From: Hyphomicrobiales bacterium
GTDB lineage: Bacteria; Pseudomonadota; Alphaproteobacteria; Rhizobiales; Methyloligellaceae
DNA length: 64,000 nucleotides
Direction of reading: 5' to 3'
NCBI GenBank assembly: GCA_003135455.1
Contig: PLBV01000125.1
Span: 16,458-80,457 of the forward strand
Below, piece by piece: positions 34,737 to 49,290 of this stretch. Below the pieces are notes generated by a model, which was not told the DNA's origin, did no database searches, and saw only the letters and a list, made by a program, of their open reading frames with translations. The position numbers and the translations under genes were made by a program. The first letter of the stretch is position 1. Every line of letters begins with the position of its first letter.

Positions 34737-37700
34737 ATGATCGATCGCAACGACCGGCTCTGGTACAAGAACGCCGTCATCTACGAGCTTCACATCAAAG
34801 CTTTTTTTGATGCGAACAATGACGGTGTCGGCGATATCGCCGGCCTCATCCAGAAGCTCGACTATCTACAGGAGCTCGGCGTCACCGCCGTCTGGCTGCT
34901 CCCCTTCTATCCCTCGCCCTTGCGCGATGACGGCTACGACATCGCCGATTACACCGCGATCAACCCCACTTTCGGCACCATGCGCGACTTCCGCCAGTTC
35001 GTGGCGGCGGCGCATGCCCGCGACATCCGGGTGATCACCGAGCTCGTCGTCAACCACACCTCCGACCAGCACCCCTGGTTCCAGCGAGCGAGGGCTGCGC
35101 GGCCCGGCTCGAAATGGCGCGACTATTATGTGTGGAGCGATACCAACCAGAAATATCAGGGCACGCGCATCATCTTCCTCGACACCGAGACGTCGAACTG
35201 GACCTGGGACCCGGTGGCCAAGGCCTATTTCTGGCACCGCTTCTATTCGCACCAGCCCGACCTCAACTACGACAACCCCCGCGTCCTCGTCGATATCTTG
35301 CGTCTCATGCGCTTCTGGCTCGACATGGGCGTCGACGGCCTCAGGCTCGACGCCGTGCCCTATCTGGTCGAGCGCGAAGGCACCAACAACGAAAATCTCG
35401 CCGAGACCCATGTCATCCTGAAGCGCTTCCGCTCGGAGATCGACGCGCGCTACCCCGACCGCATGCTGCTTGCCGAGGCCAATCAGTGGCCGGAAGACAC
35501 GCGGCCCTATTTCGGCGAGGGCGACGAATGCCATATGGGCTTCCACTTCCCGCTGATGCCGCGCATCTATATGAGCCTCGCCCGCGAGGACCGTTATCCG
35601 ATCACCGACATCATCGCCCAGACGCCGGCCATTCCCGACAACTGCCAATGGGCGATCTTCCTGCGCAATCACGACGAGCTGACGCTGGAGATGGTGACCG
35701 ATTCTGAGCGCGACTATCTCTGGCAGACCTATGCCACCGACCACCGGGCGCGGCTCAATCTCGGGATAAGGCGGCGGCTCGCGCCGCTCCTGGACAACGA
35801 CCGCCGCAAGATCGAGCTCCTGACCGGGCTGCTCCTGTCCATGCCCGGCACGCCGGTCATCTATTACGGCGACGAGATCGGCATGGGCGACAATTTCTAT
35901 CTCGGCGACCGCGACGGCGTACGCACGCCCATGCAGTGGTCGGCCGACCGCAACGGCGGCTTCTCGCGCGCCGACCCGCAGCGGCTGTTCCTGCCGCCGA
36001 TCATGGACCCGATCTACGGCTACGAGATTGTCAATGTCGAGGCGCAGCAGAAGCACGCCAACTCACTTCTGAACTGGACCAAGCGCATGATCGCCGTGCG
36101 CCAGTCGCACAAGGCCTTCGGCCACGGCAGCCTCACCTTCCTGCGTCCGCACAACCGCAAGGTGCTCGCCTATTTGCGCGAATTTGAGGCCGAGGTGATG
36201 CTCTGCGTGTTCAATCTCTCGCGTTCGGCTCAGGCCGTTGAGCTTGATCTTGAGCCGATGAAGGGCCGCGTGCCGATCGAGCTCACCGGCCGCTCCGCTT
36301 TTCCGCCGGTCGGCAACCTCCCCTACCTGCTCACGCTGCCCGCTTATGGCTTCTACTGGTTCGCGCTGTCGGAGGCCGCGAGCTTGTCGACGCCGCAGGA
36401 GCCCGTGCCGGAACCGTTGCCGGAGCTGGAGACGCTCGTGCTGGCCCATGGCTGGACCATGGTGGAGAGCCTGCGCGAGGACCAGCGCCGCCTAGACCGC
36501 TTCGTCAGGGTGCTGCTACCGGCCTATCTGAAGAACCAGCGCTGGTTCGCCGCCAAGGACAGCGCCATCGTCGGCGCCAAGCCGCTGCGTCTGGCCGAGC
36601 TTTCGCGCGACCGGGCCGACACCTTCTTGCTGCTCGCTCTCGACGTCGAGCTCGCCGGCGGCGCCGAGCAGCGCTACTTCCTGCCGCTCGCCCTTGAATG
36701 GGGCGAGCAGAGCCTCAAACCCGACAGCCCGCTCTTGCCCCATGTGCTGGCAAGGGTGCGCCGGGGGCCGCGTGCAGGCGTGGTGCAGGAAGCGGCGATG
36801 ACGCCGGACTTTCCCAAGGCCCTACTCACCGCCATGCGCGAGGGCCGCCGCATCGAGACCGACGACGGCGAGATCAGCTTTACCGGGAGCGAAGCGCTTG
36901 GCGAGATCGCGCTCGACGCCGACGCACCCGTGCGCCGGATGTCGACCGAGCCCGGAGGCACCTCGGCAATGATCGGGTCGACCGCCGTGGTGAAGATCTA
37001 CCGCCGGCTTCGCTGCGGGGTGCAGCCGGAGATCGAGATCGGCCGCTTTCTCGGCCGGACGGGCTTCAAGAACAGTCCGCCCTTGCTCGGCTCTGCCGAA
37101 TATGTCGACAAGCACGGCGAACGCATGGCCTTGGCTGCCGCATTCGCCAACGTGCCGAACCAAGGCGATGGCTGGACCGTTGTCGTCAATGCGCTTGACC
37201 GCGAGCTGGAGGAGGCGAGCCTTGCCCGCCAGCCGAGCGGAGAGGCCCAGAGCGACGTGGCCTATTCGCTTGCGCTCATCGAGGTGATCGGCCGGCGGAC
37301 GGCCGAGCTCCACCGCGCCTTTGCCAGCGGCCGCGGCGATCCCGACTTCGCGCCCGAGCCCGTGACCCGCAACGATCTCAAGGCCTGGCGCGAGCGCCTG
37401 CGAGCCCGCGCCGAGGAGGCGCTGGCGCTGCTGTCTCGCGGCGACACGGCGCTCGATGCGGAGACGGCCGGCTGTGCCGAGGCGCTGATCGAGGCCCGCG
37501 AGGCGCTCCTCGCCAAGCTCGACCGCCTCGCCCCGAAAGCCGCAAAGGGGCAGAAGATGCGCCTGCATAACGCCTATCATCTCGGCCAGGTCCTGGTCGT
37601 CGAGAACGACGTCTTCATCGTCGATTTCGAAGGCGATCCGGGAAGGCCGGTGGCGGACCGCAGGCTGAAGGCGCCGCCCGTGCGTGACATTGCAAGCATG

Positions 37701-38039
37701 CTCAGCTCCTTCGACTATGCCGCGCGCACCGCCATCGACCGCCAGCGGCAGCGGGGCGGAGGCGATCTCGCCGAGATCGAGGCCCTGGCCCTTACCTGGC
37801 GCGCAGCCGCCGAGCGCACCCTGCTCGCCGCCTATGAAGCAGTCCTTGGCGACGGTTCCGGTGGCCTCGATGCCGACGGTGCCGGGCTCCCGCTGCTGCC
37901 GCTCTTCCGAGCCGACAAGCTTCTCGACGACATCGTCTATGAGGCAGAGAACCGGCAGCTGTTGCTGTCCATCCCCCTCAAATCGGCGCTGGAGCTTGTC
38001 GAGCCTGCCGCCGTCCGCGCCGAGGAGACGGTCGCATGA
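34737..38039 (+). CDS. treS: Trehalose synthase TreS fused to a maltokinase-like domain
   Basis: [42 protein letters not shown]; C-terminal QRWFAAK...HLGQVL...DFEG. Confidence 0.95.
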   Translation: MIDRNDRLWYKNAVIYELHIKAFFDANNDGVGDIAGLIQKLDYLQELGVTAVWLLPFYPSPLRDDGYDIADYTAINPTFGTMRDFRQFVAAAHARDIRVITELVVNHTSDQHPWFQRARAARPGSKWRDYYVWSDTNQKYQGTRIIFLDTETSNWTWDPVAKAYFWHRFYSHQPDLNYDNPRVLVDILRLMRFWLDMGVDGLRLDAVPYLVEREGTNNENLAETHVILKRFRSEIDARYPDRMLLAEANQWPEDTRPYFGEGDECHMGFHFPLMPRIYMSLAREDRYPITDIIAQTPAIPDNCQWAIFLRNHDELTLEMVTDSERDYLWQTYATDHRARLNLGIRRRLAPLLDNDRRKIELLTGLLLSMPGTPVIYYGDEIGMGDNFYLGDRDGVRTPMQWSADRNGGFSRADPQRLFLPPIMDPIYGYEIVNVEAQQKHANSLLNWTKRMIAVRQSHKAFGHGSLTFLRPHNRKVLAYLREFEAEVMLCVFNLSRSAQAVELDLEPMKGRVPIELTGRSAFPPVGNLPYLLTLPAYGFYWFALSEAASLSTPQEPVPEPLPELETLVLAHGWTMVESLREDQRRLDRFVRVLLPAYLKNQRWFAAKDSAIVGAKPLRLAELSRDRADTFLLLALDVELAGGAEQRYFLPLALEWGEQSLKPDSPLLPHVLARVRRGPRAGVVQEAAMTPDFPKALLTAMREGRRIETDDGEISFTGSEALGEIALDADAPVRRMSTEPGGTSAMIGSTAVVKIYRRLRCGVQPEIEIGRFLGRTGFKNSPPLLGSAEYVDKHGERMALAAAFANVPNQGDGWTVVVNALDRELEEASLARQPSGEAQSDVAYSLALIEVIGRRTAELHRAFASGRGDPDFAPEPVTRNDLKAWRERLRARAEEALALLSRGDTALDAETAGCAEALIEAREALLAKLDRLAPKAAKGQKMRLHNAYHLGQVLVVENDVFIVDFEGDPGRPVADRRLKAPPVRDIASMLSSFDYAARTAIDRQRQRGGGDLAEIEALALTWRAAAERTLLAAYEAVLGDGSGGLDADGAGLPLLPLFRADKLLDDIVYEAENRQLLLSIPLKSALELVEPAAVRAEETVA

Positions 38040-40255
38040 CGGCGATGATCGGAGCCTCCCCCGAGCGCCTCTTGCGTCCAGAGCAGCGCCAGATCGAAGC
38101 GATCGTGCGCGCTACGCATGGCGATCCCTTCGCCATCCTCGGTCTGCATGGGGGCTGCGGACGCCCGCTCTCCTTGCGTGTCTTCGCGCCCGAGGCCGAC
38201 GCGGTCGAGGCGGTCACCACCGCGGGCGAGAGGGTCGCAACGCTGGCTCGCATCCATGCGGAGGGCTTCTTCTTGGCCCCCATTCCGGGCGAGCGGCGGT
38301 TCCCCTACCGCCTCCGCCTCCGCCGCGGGCAGAGCCAGTGGGAAGCCGACGACCCCTATCGTTTCCCGCCAATTCTCGCCGAGATCGATCTTGAGCTGCT
38401 GGCCGAAGGCAATCACCTCAAGCTTTACGAGATCCTCGGAGCGCAGCCGCGCGTGCTCGAAGGCGTCGACGGCGTGGCCTTCGCCCTATGGGCGCCAAGC
38501 GCCGCCCGCGTCAGCGTCGTCGGCGATTTCAATGGCTGGGACGGGAGGCGCCACCCCATGCGCCACCGCCACCGCGCGGGCGTGTGGGAGATCTTCATTC
38601 CGGGCGTGCGCAGAGGCGCCCCATACAAATTCGAGCTGCTCGGGGCGGACGGCAAGCTCCTGCCGCAAAAGGCCGACCCCCTCGCGTTCCGCCAGGAAAA
38701 GCCGCCGGCCACCGCCTCCATCGTCCACGGCCCCGCCGACCGGGACGCCCATCTGGAGGGCTGGACCGAGCGGCGCAAAGCCGCCAACGCGCTGGATGCG
38801 CCGATCAGCATCTATGAGATGCATCTCGGCTCCTGGATGCGCGGGGCCGATGGCGCGTTCCTGAGCTATGACGCAATCGCCGACCTGCTGATCCCTTACC
38901 TGAAGGACATGGGCTTCACCCATGTCGAGCTGATGCCGGTGAGCGAGTTTCCGTTCGACGGCTCCTGGGGCTACCAGCCGCTCGGCCTCTATGCCCCCAC
39001 CTCGCGTTTCGGCACACCTGAGGACTTCGCCCGTTTCGTGCGCCGTCTGCATGAGGAGGGTCTTCTCGTGCTCATCGATTGGGTCGCCGCCCATTTTCCC
39101 AGCGACCCGCACGGGCTCGGCCAGTTCGACGGCACCGCCATCTACGAGCACGCCGATCCCCGAAGCGGCTTCCACCACGACTGGAACACGCTCATCTACA
39201 ATTATGGACGCAAGGAGGTGGCCAACTACCTCTTCGCCAACGCGCTCTATTGGTTCGACCATTTCGACATCGACGGCCTGCGCGCCGACGCCGTGGCCTC
39301 GATGCTCTATCTCGATTACAGCCGGAAAGCCGGCGAATGGCTGCCGAACGAGTTCGGTGGCAACGAGAACCTCGCGGCCATCGCCTTCCTGAAGCGCCTG
39401 AACGAGCTCGCCTATGGCGCCTTCCCCGGCATCGCTACGATCGCCGAGGAATCGACCGCCTGGCCCGGCGTGTCGCGGCCCACCTATCTCGGCGGCCTGG
39501 GCTTCGGCTACAAATGGAACATGGGCTGGATGCACGACACGCTGAGCTATATGAGCCACGAGCCGATCCACCGCAAATATCACCACGACCAGCTCACCTT
39601 CGGCCTGCTCTACGCCTTCTCCGAGAATTTCATCCTGCCGCTCAGCCATGACGAGGTGGTGCATGGCAAGGGCTCGCTGCTCGCCAAGATGCCGGGCGAC
39701 CGCTGGCAGAAATTTGCAAACTTGCGCGCCTATCTCGGCTTCATGTGGGGGCACCCGGGTAAAAAGCTTCTGTTCATGGGCGGCGAGTTTGCCCAAACCC
39801 GCGAGTGGAACCACGACCGGGCGCTCGACTGGCACGAGCTCGACGACCCAGGGCACCGTGGCGTGCAGAGCCTGGTGCGCGATCTGAACGCGCTCTATCG
39901 GGGGACGCCGGCGCTCTACCAGAAGGACGGCGATCTGTCAGGCTTCGAATGGGTGGAGGCCAATGACGGCGAGAACAGCGTGCTCGCCTTTCTGCGTCAT
40001 GCCGACGGCGCCCCGCCGGCACTCGTCGTCTGCAACTTCACCCCGGTGGTTCGCTATGGCTATCGGCTCGGCGTGCCGCGCGGAGGCCAGTGGCGAGAGC
40101 GCCTCAACACCGACGCAACGGCTTACGGCGGAAGCGGCGTCGGCAATCTCGAGCTGGTCAAGGCCGAACCGGTCCCCTCGCATGGGCGCCCCTGTTCGCT
40201 GAGCCTGACGCTGCCGCCGCTTGCCACCCTGATCCTCGAGCCCCAGGAGCTGTAA
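38036..40255 (+). CDS. glgB: 1,4-alpha-glucan branching enzyme
   Basis: [47 protein letters not shown]. Confidence 0.97.
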   Translation: MTAMIGASPERLLRPEQRQIEAIVRATHGDPFAILGLHGGCGRPLSLRVFAPEADAVEAVTTAGERVATLARIHAEGFFLAPIPGERRFPYRLRLRRGQSQWEADDPYRFPPILAEIDLELLAEGNHLKLYEILGAQPRVLEGVDGVAFALWAPSAARVSVVGDFNGWDGRRHPMRHRHRAGVWEIFIPGVRRGAPYKFELLGADGKLLPQKADPLAFRQEKPPATASIVHGPADRDAHLEGWTERRKAANALDAPISIYEMHLGSWMRGADGAFLSYDAIADLLIPYLKDMGFTHVELMPVSEFPFDGSWGYQPLGLYAPTSRFGTPEDFARFVRRLHEEGLLVLIDWVAAHFPSDPHGLGQFDGTAIYEHADPRSGFHHDWNTLIYNYGRKEVANYLFANALYWFDHFDIDGLRADAVASMLYLDYSRKAGEWLPNEFGGNENLAAIAFLKRLNELAYGAFPGIATIAEESTAWPGVSRPTYLGGLGFGYKWNMGWMHDTLSYMSHEPIHRKYHHDQLTFGLLYAFSENFILPLSHDEVVHGKGSLLAKMPGDRWQKFANLRAYLGFMWGHPGKKLLFMGGEFAQTREWNHDRALDWHELDDPGHRGVQSLVRDLNALYRGTPALYQKDGDLSGFEWVEANDGENSVLAFLRHADGAPPALVVCNFTPVVRYGYRLGVPRGGQWRERLNTDATAYGGSGVGNLELVKAEPVPSHGRPCSLSLTLPPLATLILEPQEL

Positions 40256-40259
40256 AGGC

Positions 40260-42335
40260 ATGGATCTGCGCCTTGGGCCCGGCGCGCCTTGGTCGCTCGG
40301 CGCGAGCTTCGACGGCCGTGGCGTGAACTTTGCGCTGTTCTCGGCCAACGCGACGCGCGTCGAGCTGTGTCTGTTCGACGAGGCCCACGGCCGCGAGACG
40401 ATGCGGCTGACGCTGCCCGAATATACCAACGAGGTCTGGCACGGCTATGTCTCCGGTCTGGAGCCTGGCCAGCTCTATGGCTATCGCGTGCACGGGCCCT
40501 ACGACCCGCGCGCCGGCCACCGGTTCAACCCTCACAAGCTCCTGCTCGACCCTTATGCGCGGCTCCATAAGGGGCAGCTCCGCTGGGACGACGCGCTGTT
40601 CGGCTACCAGATCGGGTCGAAGCGCGCTGCCGACCTCGCGGTGGACGAGCGGGACAGCGCCCCCTACATGCCGAAATGTGTGGTGGTGGGCGAGAGCGCC
40701 GGGCTAAAACGGGCGCGCCCCAACGTGCCGTGGCATCGAACTGTCATCTATGAGGCGCATGTGAAGGGGCTGACCGCCCTCCACCCCGAGGTGCCCGAGC
40801 CCCTGCGCGGCACCTTTGGCGGCATCGGCAACCCCGCGATGATCGAGCATCTGGTCAAGCTCGGCGTCACCGCCATCGAGCTCCTGCCCGTGCACGCCTT
40901 TATCGACGACCGCCATTTGGTGGAGCAGGGTCTCAGCAACTATTGGGGCTACAACAGCGTTGGCTTCTTTGCGGCCGCGCAGCGCTATCTGTCTCAAGGC
41001 TCCGGCGTCGAGGAGTTCAAAGAGATGGTGGACGCGTTGCATAATGCCGGCATCGAGGTTCTGCTCGATGTGGTCTACAACCACACTGCCGAGGGCAACG
41101 AACTGGGCCCTACACTCTCCTTCCGCGGCATCGACAACGCATCCTATTACAAGCTTGATGAGGATCCACGGCGCTATTACGACGCGACCGGCTGCGGCAA
41201 CACGCTCAATATCGGCCATCCCCGCGTGCTGCAGCTCGTGATGGATTCCCTCCGATACTGGGTTGAGGCTTGCGGCGTCGACGGCTTTAGATTCGACCTC
41301 GCCACCACGCTCGCCCGCGACACTACCGCCTTCGACCCGAGCTCGTCCTTCCTCGACGCGATCGGCCAGGATCCGGTTTTGAGTAAGATCAAGCTCATCG
41401 CCGAACCTTGGGACCTGGGCGAGGACGGTTACCAGGTCGGCGGCTTCCCGCCCGGCTGGGCGGAATGGAATGATCGGTTTCGCGACGATCTCCGCTCCTA
41501 TTGGAAGGTCGATATGGGGATGTTGCCGGCCCTGGGCCGGCGCGTGTCTGGCTCTGCCGACATCTACGACAATCGCGGCCGGCGGCCGTGGACGAGCATC
41601 AACTTCATCGCGGCCCATGATGGTTTTACGCTGCGCGACCTCGTCTCCTATAACGACAAGCACAACGAGGCCAATAAAGAGGACAATCAGGACGGTCACG
41701 ACGACAATCGCAGCTGGAATTGCGGCGTCGAAGGGCCCACCGACGACCCCGCCGTCCTTGACCTTCGCGATCGCTTGGGCCGCGCTTTTGTGGCGAGCCT
41801 TCTGTTCAGCCAAGGCACGCCGATGCTGCAAATGGGCGACGAGCTCGGGCGGACCCAAGGCGGCAACAATAACGCCTTCTGCCAAGACAACGAGATCTCT
41901 TGGATGCGTTGGACCGATCTGGGCGACCGCGACGCCGCCTTCCTCGAATTCGTGCACGGCGTTACCAAGTTGAGAGCAGAGCTGCCGCTCTTGCGCTGTT
42001 CGCGCTTCTTGCACGGGGAGCCAATCGCGCCCCGACTCAAGAACGTGGCGTGGTTCAAGCCCGACGGCGAGGAGAAGCGCGCCGAGCATTGGGAGGACCC
42101 GGTCGCCAAATGCGTTGGCCTCTCACTGGCCGGGGATCGGAAGATTCTGCTCCTCTTATTCAACAGCGACGCCGAACCGATTGAGTTTATCTTCCCTTTC
42201 TTCGGCAGGCGGCATTTGCGGTGGCGGCTTCTCTGCGATTCTGCGAACGGCCTAGTGCGGCCGGAGGCGCCGATTGCCATTGGCAAGGCCACGATCCCAG
42301 GACGCGGGCTCCTGCTGCTCGAGCGGACCGATTGA
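40260..42335 (+). CDS. glgX: Glycogen debranching enzyme
   Basis: GVNFALFS, NYWGYN, DVVYNHTAEG, DGFRFDLA, AEPWD, HDGFTL. Confidence 0.96.
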   Translation: MDLRLGPGAPWSLGASFDGRGVNFALFSANATRVELCLFDEAHGRETMRLTLPEYTNEVWHGYVSGLEPGQLYGYRVHGPYDPRAGHRFNPHKLLLDPYARLHKGQLRWDDALFGYQIGSKRAADLAVDERDSAPYMPKCVVVGESAGLKRARPNVPWHRTVIYEAHVKGLTALHPEVPEPLRGTFGGIGNPAMIEHLVKLGVTAIELLPVHAFIDDRHLVEQGLSNYWGYNSVGFFAAAQRYLSQGSGVEEFKEMVDALHNAGIEVLLDVVYNHTAEGNELGPTLSFRGIDNASYYKLDEDPRRYYDATGCGNTLNIGHPRVLQLVMDSLRYWVEACGVDGFRFDLATTLARDTTAFDPSSSFLDAIGQDPVLSKIKLIAEPWDLGEDGYQVGGFPPGWAEWNDRFRDDLRSYWKVDMGMLPALGRRVSGSADIYDNRGRRPWTSINFIAAHDGFTLRDLVSYNDKHNEANKEDNQDGHDDNRSWNCGVEGPTDDPAVLDLRDRLGRAFVASLLFSQGTPMLQMGDELGRTQGGNNNAFCQDNEISWMRWTDLGDRDAAFLEFVHGVTKLRAELPLLRCSRFLHGEPIAPRLKNVAWFKPDGEEKRAEHWEDPVAKCVGLSLAGDRKILLLLFNSDAEPIEFIFPFFGRRHLRWRLLCDSANGLVRPEAPIAIGKATIPGRGLLLLERTD

Positions 42336-44171
42336 TGCGCTCCCGCTTCGCCCATCAGATGCCGTTCGGCGCCGAGGTCGGGAACGGCGGCGCCCGCTTC
42401 CGACTATGGGCGCCGACGCAAACCAGCGTCGCGCTGGCGGTTGCACAAACGGGCGCGACGCTGCCCATGCAGAAGGTGGGCGACGGCTGGTTCGAACTCC
42501 TGACCGACGCCGTCGCGATTGGCCAAGGCTATCGCTTCGTGCTCGCCGACGGCATGTGCGTGCCCGACCCGGCAGCCCGCGCGCAACTGGGCGACGTGCA
42601 CGGGCCGAGCCGGCTGGTCGATCCGCGCGGATTTGCCTGGCAGACGCCCGGCTGGACGGGCCGGCCTTGGCACGAGGCGGTCATCTACGAGCTGCACCCG
42701 GGCACCTTCTCTGGCGACGGCACCTTCGACGGCATTGCCCGAGAGCTCGATCGCCTCGCCGACCTCGGCATCACCGCCATCGAGCTGATGCCGGTGGCGC
42801 AGTTCGCGGGCAATCGCGGTTGGGGCTATGACGGGGTGCTCATGTTTGCGCCACACATCGCCTATGGCGGACCCGAGGGACTGAAGAGCCTGATCGATGC
42901 GGCGCATGCACGCGGGCTGATGGTGCTGCTCGACGTGGTCTATAATCATTTCGGCCCCGATGGGAATTATCTGCCACTCATCGCGCCGCAGTTCTTCGAC
43001 GCCCGGCGCAACACCCCCTGGGGTGCGGCCATCGCCTTTATGCAGAGGCCGGTGCGCGACTTCTTCCTGCACAACGTGCTTTATTGGCTGAAGGAGTTCC
43101 GCTTCGACGGCCTACGCTTCGACGCCATCGACCACATCGAGGATGGGTCCGAGGAGCCGATCTTGGCCGAGATCGCGCGGCAGGTGCGTGACCGCTTCCC
43201 GGACCGCCATGTGCATCTCACCAGCGAAGACGACTACAATTCGACGAGCCTGCTCGAATTTGACGAGAAAGGCCGGCCGCTTCTCTTCACCGCCGAATGG
43301 AACGACGACTGGCACCACGCCGTGCACGCGCTCATCACCGGCGAGTGCGATGGCTATTATCAGGACTATGCCGACGTGCCGGCAAAGCGCGTGGCCGACA
43401 CGCTTGCCACGGGCTTCGGCTATCAGGGCGAGCCTTCGGCCTATCGGGGTGGACGCAACCGCGGCGATCCCTCGGCTCACCTGCCGCCCACAGCCTTCAT
43501 CAACTTCCTGCAGAACCACGACCAGGCCGGCAACCGCGCCTTCGGCGAGCGAATCGCGAGCCTGACCCGGCCCGAGGCCAACGAAGCGGCGCTCGCCCTT
43601 CTCCTGCTCTCCCCGCAAATCCCTCTGTTGTTCATGGGGGAAGAATATGGCGAGCGGGGGCCGTTCCAGTTCTTCACCGACTTCGAGACCGAGCTCGCCG
43701 AGGCCGTGCGCACGGGACGGAGGGAAGAGTTTCGTCGCTCGAAAGTCTTTGCCGAGGCTTTCGCGCACGATGCCATTCCCGACCCGAACAGCCTTGCGAC
43801 CTTCGCCGCCTCGCGCCTCGATCTCGATGGCGCCGACCCGGCCGAGCGCGCGGCCCGCCTCTCCCTGATCAAGCGCCTGCTCGCGGCGCGGCGAGAACAC
43901 ATCGTGCCCCAGCTTGGCAGCCTCGGCGGCCATGCGGGCAAGGTCGAGGCTCTGAATGGCGGGGCCTTCAGCGTGAGCTGGCAGCTAAGGGACAGCGGGT
44001 CGCTTGCGGTCGCGGCCAATCTCGCCGGCAGCGAGGCATCCCTCCCAGCACACAAGGACGGAACCCTCGTCTTCGAGCACCCAGACGGTGCCGCCTCTGC
44101 TCTCGCACAGGCGACATTGCCGCCCTGGTCCGTCGTTTGCCGCCTTACCCTCGAAAGCCGAGGAGTAGCCC

Positions 44172-44182
<11 letters not shown>
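42335..44182 (+). CDS. treZ: Malto-oligosyltrehalose trehalohydrolase
   Basis: FRLWAP, IYELHPGTF, RGWGYDG, DVVYNHFGPDGNYL, LQNHDQAGNR. Confidence 0.94.
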
Positions 44183-46785
<2,603 letters not shown>

Positions 46786-46995
46786 TTACATATTGTCGCC
46801 GCGCTCGCCGTGGATCCTGAGATCGAGGCCTTGCTCCTCGGTCGCGGGCAGCCGACCTTAAGACCCGTGACCGCCCGCACCTGCTTGGCGAGGACGAAGC
46901 TCACCGCCGCCGACCATAGCAAAACCACGATGAGACCGGTGAGCTGAATCGCAAGCTGCGCCTCCATGCTGCGGCCTTCGGCGAGCCCCAGCTGG
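46786..46995 (-). pseudogene. amtB: Ammonium transporter AmtB, 3' remnant
   Basis: QLAIQLTGLIVVLLWSAAVSFVL...TGLKV, then frameshifted EEQGLDLRIHGERGDNM*; directly upstream of glnK. Confidence 0.78.
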
Positions 46996-47076
46996 GCCCA
47001 CTTTAGCCCGAGGCCGGCGTGACGCCTCACGCGACACGGCCCACAATCTAGGGTTCGGCCGTGCTATATTCAGAAG

Positions 47077-47541
47077 ATGAGCAAGGCCTTCACCAAGGAG
47101 ACCGATGCGGGCGAGGTCTATGACGACCTGCCCGACCGGCCGGTGTCGCCGCATAACCTCGTCACGCCCAAAGGGCTTGAGCTGATCGAGGCCGAATTGG
47201 CACGCGTGCACCAAGAGCACGCGGCAGCGCATGAGGCCGAGGACCGGCCAAAGCTCGCCAAGATCAACCGGGATCTGCGCTATTGGATCTCGCGCCGAGC
47301 AACCGCCCAAGTCATGGAGCCGCCGAGCGACGCCGTGGAAGTGCATTTCGGCTCGACGGTGACGATCCTGCGCGAGGACGGCCGCCGCCAGACCTACCGC
47401 ATCGTCGGCGAGGACGAGGCGGAACCCTCGCAAGGCACCCTGTCTTATGTGTCGCCCGTGGCCCAGGCGCTGATGGGCAAGCAGGTCGGCGACACGGTAC
47501 AGGCCGGCACCGCCGATGCGGAGATCGTCGAGATCAGCTAA
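47077..47541 (+). CDS. GreA/GreB-family elongation factor-like protein
   Basis: MSKAFTKE, VTPKG, VHFGSTV, IVGEDEA, SYVSPVAQALMGK. Confidence 0.88.
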   Translation: MSKAFTKETDAGEVYDDLPDRPVSPHNLVTPKGLELIEAELARVHQEHAAAHEAEDRPKLAKINRDLRYWISRRATAQVMEPPSDAVEVHFGSTVTILREDGRRQTYRIVGEDEAEPSQGTLSYVSPVAQALMGKQVGDTVQAGTADAEIVEIS

Positions 47542-47548
47542 TAGGACT

Positions 47549-47599
47549 TGTCATCCAGAGGCGCGAGGCGCCATCGCCGCCGAGTCTCGAAGGATGACG
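47549..47599. repeat. Rhizobial-type palindromic intergenic element
   Basis: GTCATCC...CTCGAAGGATGAC inverted ends between convergent genes. Confidence 0.55.
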
Positions 47600-47601
47600 G
47601 A

Positions 47602-47934
47602 TTACGCCGGCCTCGAGGGCTTCGTCGGCTTCTCCAGCATGAGCTTGCCCTGCTTCTGCACCAGCGCCTTGGCCTTGTTGGCGAACATGGCCAGCATCCA
47701 GGGCAGCTGCACCTCGAGCCGCACATGGTCCTCGGCCACGTCCACCGTGCCGGTGGTACTTTGGCCGAGCAGGCTCGCCTGGAAATCGAGGTGGTCGCCC
47801 GCCCATTCGTCCTTCAGCACCACGAATTTCTCGCCGAAGGTTGAGCGGACATTGCCGAAGCCCGCTCGCAGGCGGCGGATGGCCTCCTGCTTGCCAAGCC
47901 GATGGGGGATGTTGACGACGACGGGCTCAGCCAT
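47602..47934 (-). CDS. Polyhydroxyalkanoic acid system family protein
   Basis: IPHRLGKQEAIRRL...EWAGD...VRLEVQLPWML. Confidence 0.82.
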   Translation of the reverse strand: MAEPVVVNIPHRLGKQEAIRRLRAGFGNVRSTFGEKFVVLKDEWAGDHLDFQASLLGQSTTGTVDVAEDHVRLEVQLPWMLAMFANKAKALVQKQGKLMLEKPTKPSRPA

Positions 47935-48036
47935 GTGCTTGCTTTTCCTTCGCTTTCCTGACGACCGGTGTCAGCACATGTATCTGCATATGTAAGAGAG
48001 CCGGCCCTTCCCTACCAGGGGCATCCGCAATGAAGC

Positions 48037-48327
48037 CTAGCCCGCGGGCTTGGCGTCGCTATGGCCGAGGTCCCGCTCGGGCGCGATCTCGTCTCTCACG
48101 ATCTGCTTCAGCTCCTTGATGTCGGGGAAGCGGCCGTGCTCCTTGCGCGACCAGAGAAGCTTGTCGTCCAGCCGCACCTCGAACACGCCGCCGGTCTTGT
48201 CTGGCACCAGCGTGACCGAGCCGAGCTCATCGGCGAAAGTGGTGAGCAGCTCCTGCGCCATCCAGCTGGCCCTGAGCAGCCACCCGCACAGCCAGCAATA
48301 GGTGATGGAGACGTTGGGCCGAAGCAC
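48037..48327 (-). CDS. SelT/SelW/SelH (Rdx) family protein
   Basis: ITYCWLCGWLLRASWMAQELL, GGVFEV, LWSRK, FPDIKELKQ. Confidence 0.9.
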   Translation of the reverse strand: MLRPNVSITYCWLCGWLLRASWMAQELLTTFADELGSVTLVPDKTGGVFEVRLDDKLLWSRKEHGRFPDIKELKQIVRDEIAPERDLGHSDAKPAG

Positions 48328-48621
48328 CCTCTATGAATGACTCGCAAACGGCGCCGCCGCAATGGCCTATCCGCAACGACCCCGCCCGAAGCGCCCTCGT
48401 GCCGCCCTCCCATCGCTGAGGCCCGCACTGCGACAACGCATCCGCAAGCTCGGCCTCAAATTTATGATTGCGCCAACGTCCCTTGGTGTGAAGTATCGAC
48501 CACGGGCTTTTCGGCGCACTGTCGCTGAATGTTTGGCGCCCGCCCCCGATTCGTACGCCAGCGTGCAAATCGCGTCGCAAAACGTGACGTCCCCTCTGCT
48601 CTTCGCGTGAAGGATGAAGAC

Positions 48622-49257
48622 ATGGCTGAAGCCAGTAGAGCGGTGCGGCTAGCGGGATCGGTCCTGGATTGCCGGTGTCATGTCTGCGCCTTTTTCAACA
48701 ACCGCGACGACGAGTATGACGTCATGGTCCCCTTCATCAAGGAGGGCCTCGACGCGGGCGATCGTGCTGTTGAGATCATCGACAAGCACCAACGCGCCGA
48801 GCGCATGCAACGGCTAGTGGCAAGCGGCATCAATACCGCTGCCGCCATGCAGAGCGGTCAGCTCGATGTGCGGACGTGGGAAAGCACGCATTTGCGGCCT
48901 GGGCACTTCGATCAATACGCCATGATCGGCCTGCTCGAGGAGATCGCCACCGCCGGCGCTCGGCGCGGGACCGGCGTGACCCGCCTGTGGGCGAATATGG
49001 AATGGGCGCTCGAGGATACTCCCGGCGTGCACGACCTCGTCGAATATGAGTCGCGCCTGAACTACATCCTGCCGAACTACGACGCCGCCGCCGTTTGCGC
49101 CTACGATGTGACGCGGTTCAGCGGCTCCGTGATCACGGATATTTTGCGCACGCATCCGCAGGTGATCGTCGGAGGTCTCATGCGCGAGAACCCGTTCTAT
49201 GTTCCCCCGGACGAGTTCCTGCTGGAGCTGCGTGGCCGTGAGGCCCACGCCCACTAG
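48622..49257 (+). CDS. Stand-alone MEDS domain protein
   Basis: HVCAFF, PFIKEGL, EYESRLN, CAYD, LRTHP. Confidence 0.85.
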   Translation: MAEASRAVRLAGSVLDCRCHVCAFFNNRDDEYDVMVPFIKEGLDAGDRAVEIIDKHQRAERMQRLVASGINTAAAMQSGQLDVRTWESTHLRPGHFDQYAMIGLLEEIATAGARRGTGVTRLWANMEWALEDTPGVHDLVEYESRLNYILPNYDAAAVCAYDVTRFSGSVITDILRTHPQVIVGGLMRENPFYVPPDEFLLELRGREAHAH

Positions 49258-49290
49258 CGACGGCGCGCCGGCAGCATAGTCGACGTCGCC

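Noticed and set aside
48037-48327. Selenoprotein recoding in the SelW-like gene
   Set aside because: The motif is CxxC (CWLC) with no in-frame TGA.
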